The notes under the pieces: generated by a model
What the model saw: the letters and a program-made list of their open reading frames with translations, nothing else
The model's database searches: none
What the model was told of the DNA's origin: nothing
Source of the DNA: a virus
DNA length: 64,000 bases
Virus record (IMG/VR): IMGVR_UViG_3300008516_000951
Coordinates: 3,930-67,929 of that record
Reading direction: 5' to 3' (one strand)
In this document: piece by piece, positions 63,959-64,000 of the stretch
How the letters are laid out: each line of letters starts with the position of its first letter
How positions within the stretch are numbered: the stretch's first letter is position 1
Made by a program: the position numbers and the translations under genes

Positions 63959-64000
63959 TTTAACTAATCAATGACCTTTTTAGGAGTAGAACAATGAAAA

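Overview
This window is most of a tailed dsDNA phage genome (siphovirus-like, no integrase seen). It has two converging arms. The + strand arm (1-22.4 kb) is a self-sufficient replication/recombination module: SNF2 helicase end, primase, initiator-like protein, DnaB-type helicase, beta clamp, clamp loader, a family A polymerase split from a UDG/3'-5' exonuclease fusion, SSB, RecA-like recombinase, flap nuclease, resolvase, split SbcC plus SbcD, and two DNA methyltransferases. The - strand arm (63.3-22.6 kb) is the morphogenesis operon: terminase, portal, MuF, protease/scaffold, capsid, neck, tail, and a GTA-like tail tip. It runs directly into a 17-gene glycan cluster with NeuB, NeuA, about 8 glycosyltransferases and 5 methyltransferases. 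A divergent early region starts at about 63.5 kb. The strongest candidates for new biology are: (1) an intein in the MuF gene whose endonuclease (HTH plus DUF559/Vsr-like) is encoded on the opposite strand with its own promoter and RBS; (2) a phage-encoded nonulosonic (sialic) acid pathway plus Maf-like transferases linked to the virion genes; (3) several tRNA-mimic and structured non-coding elements tied to a conserved promoter motif and a boxA-like motif. All calls come from motif recognition by eye. No database search or folding program was run.
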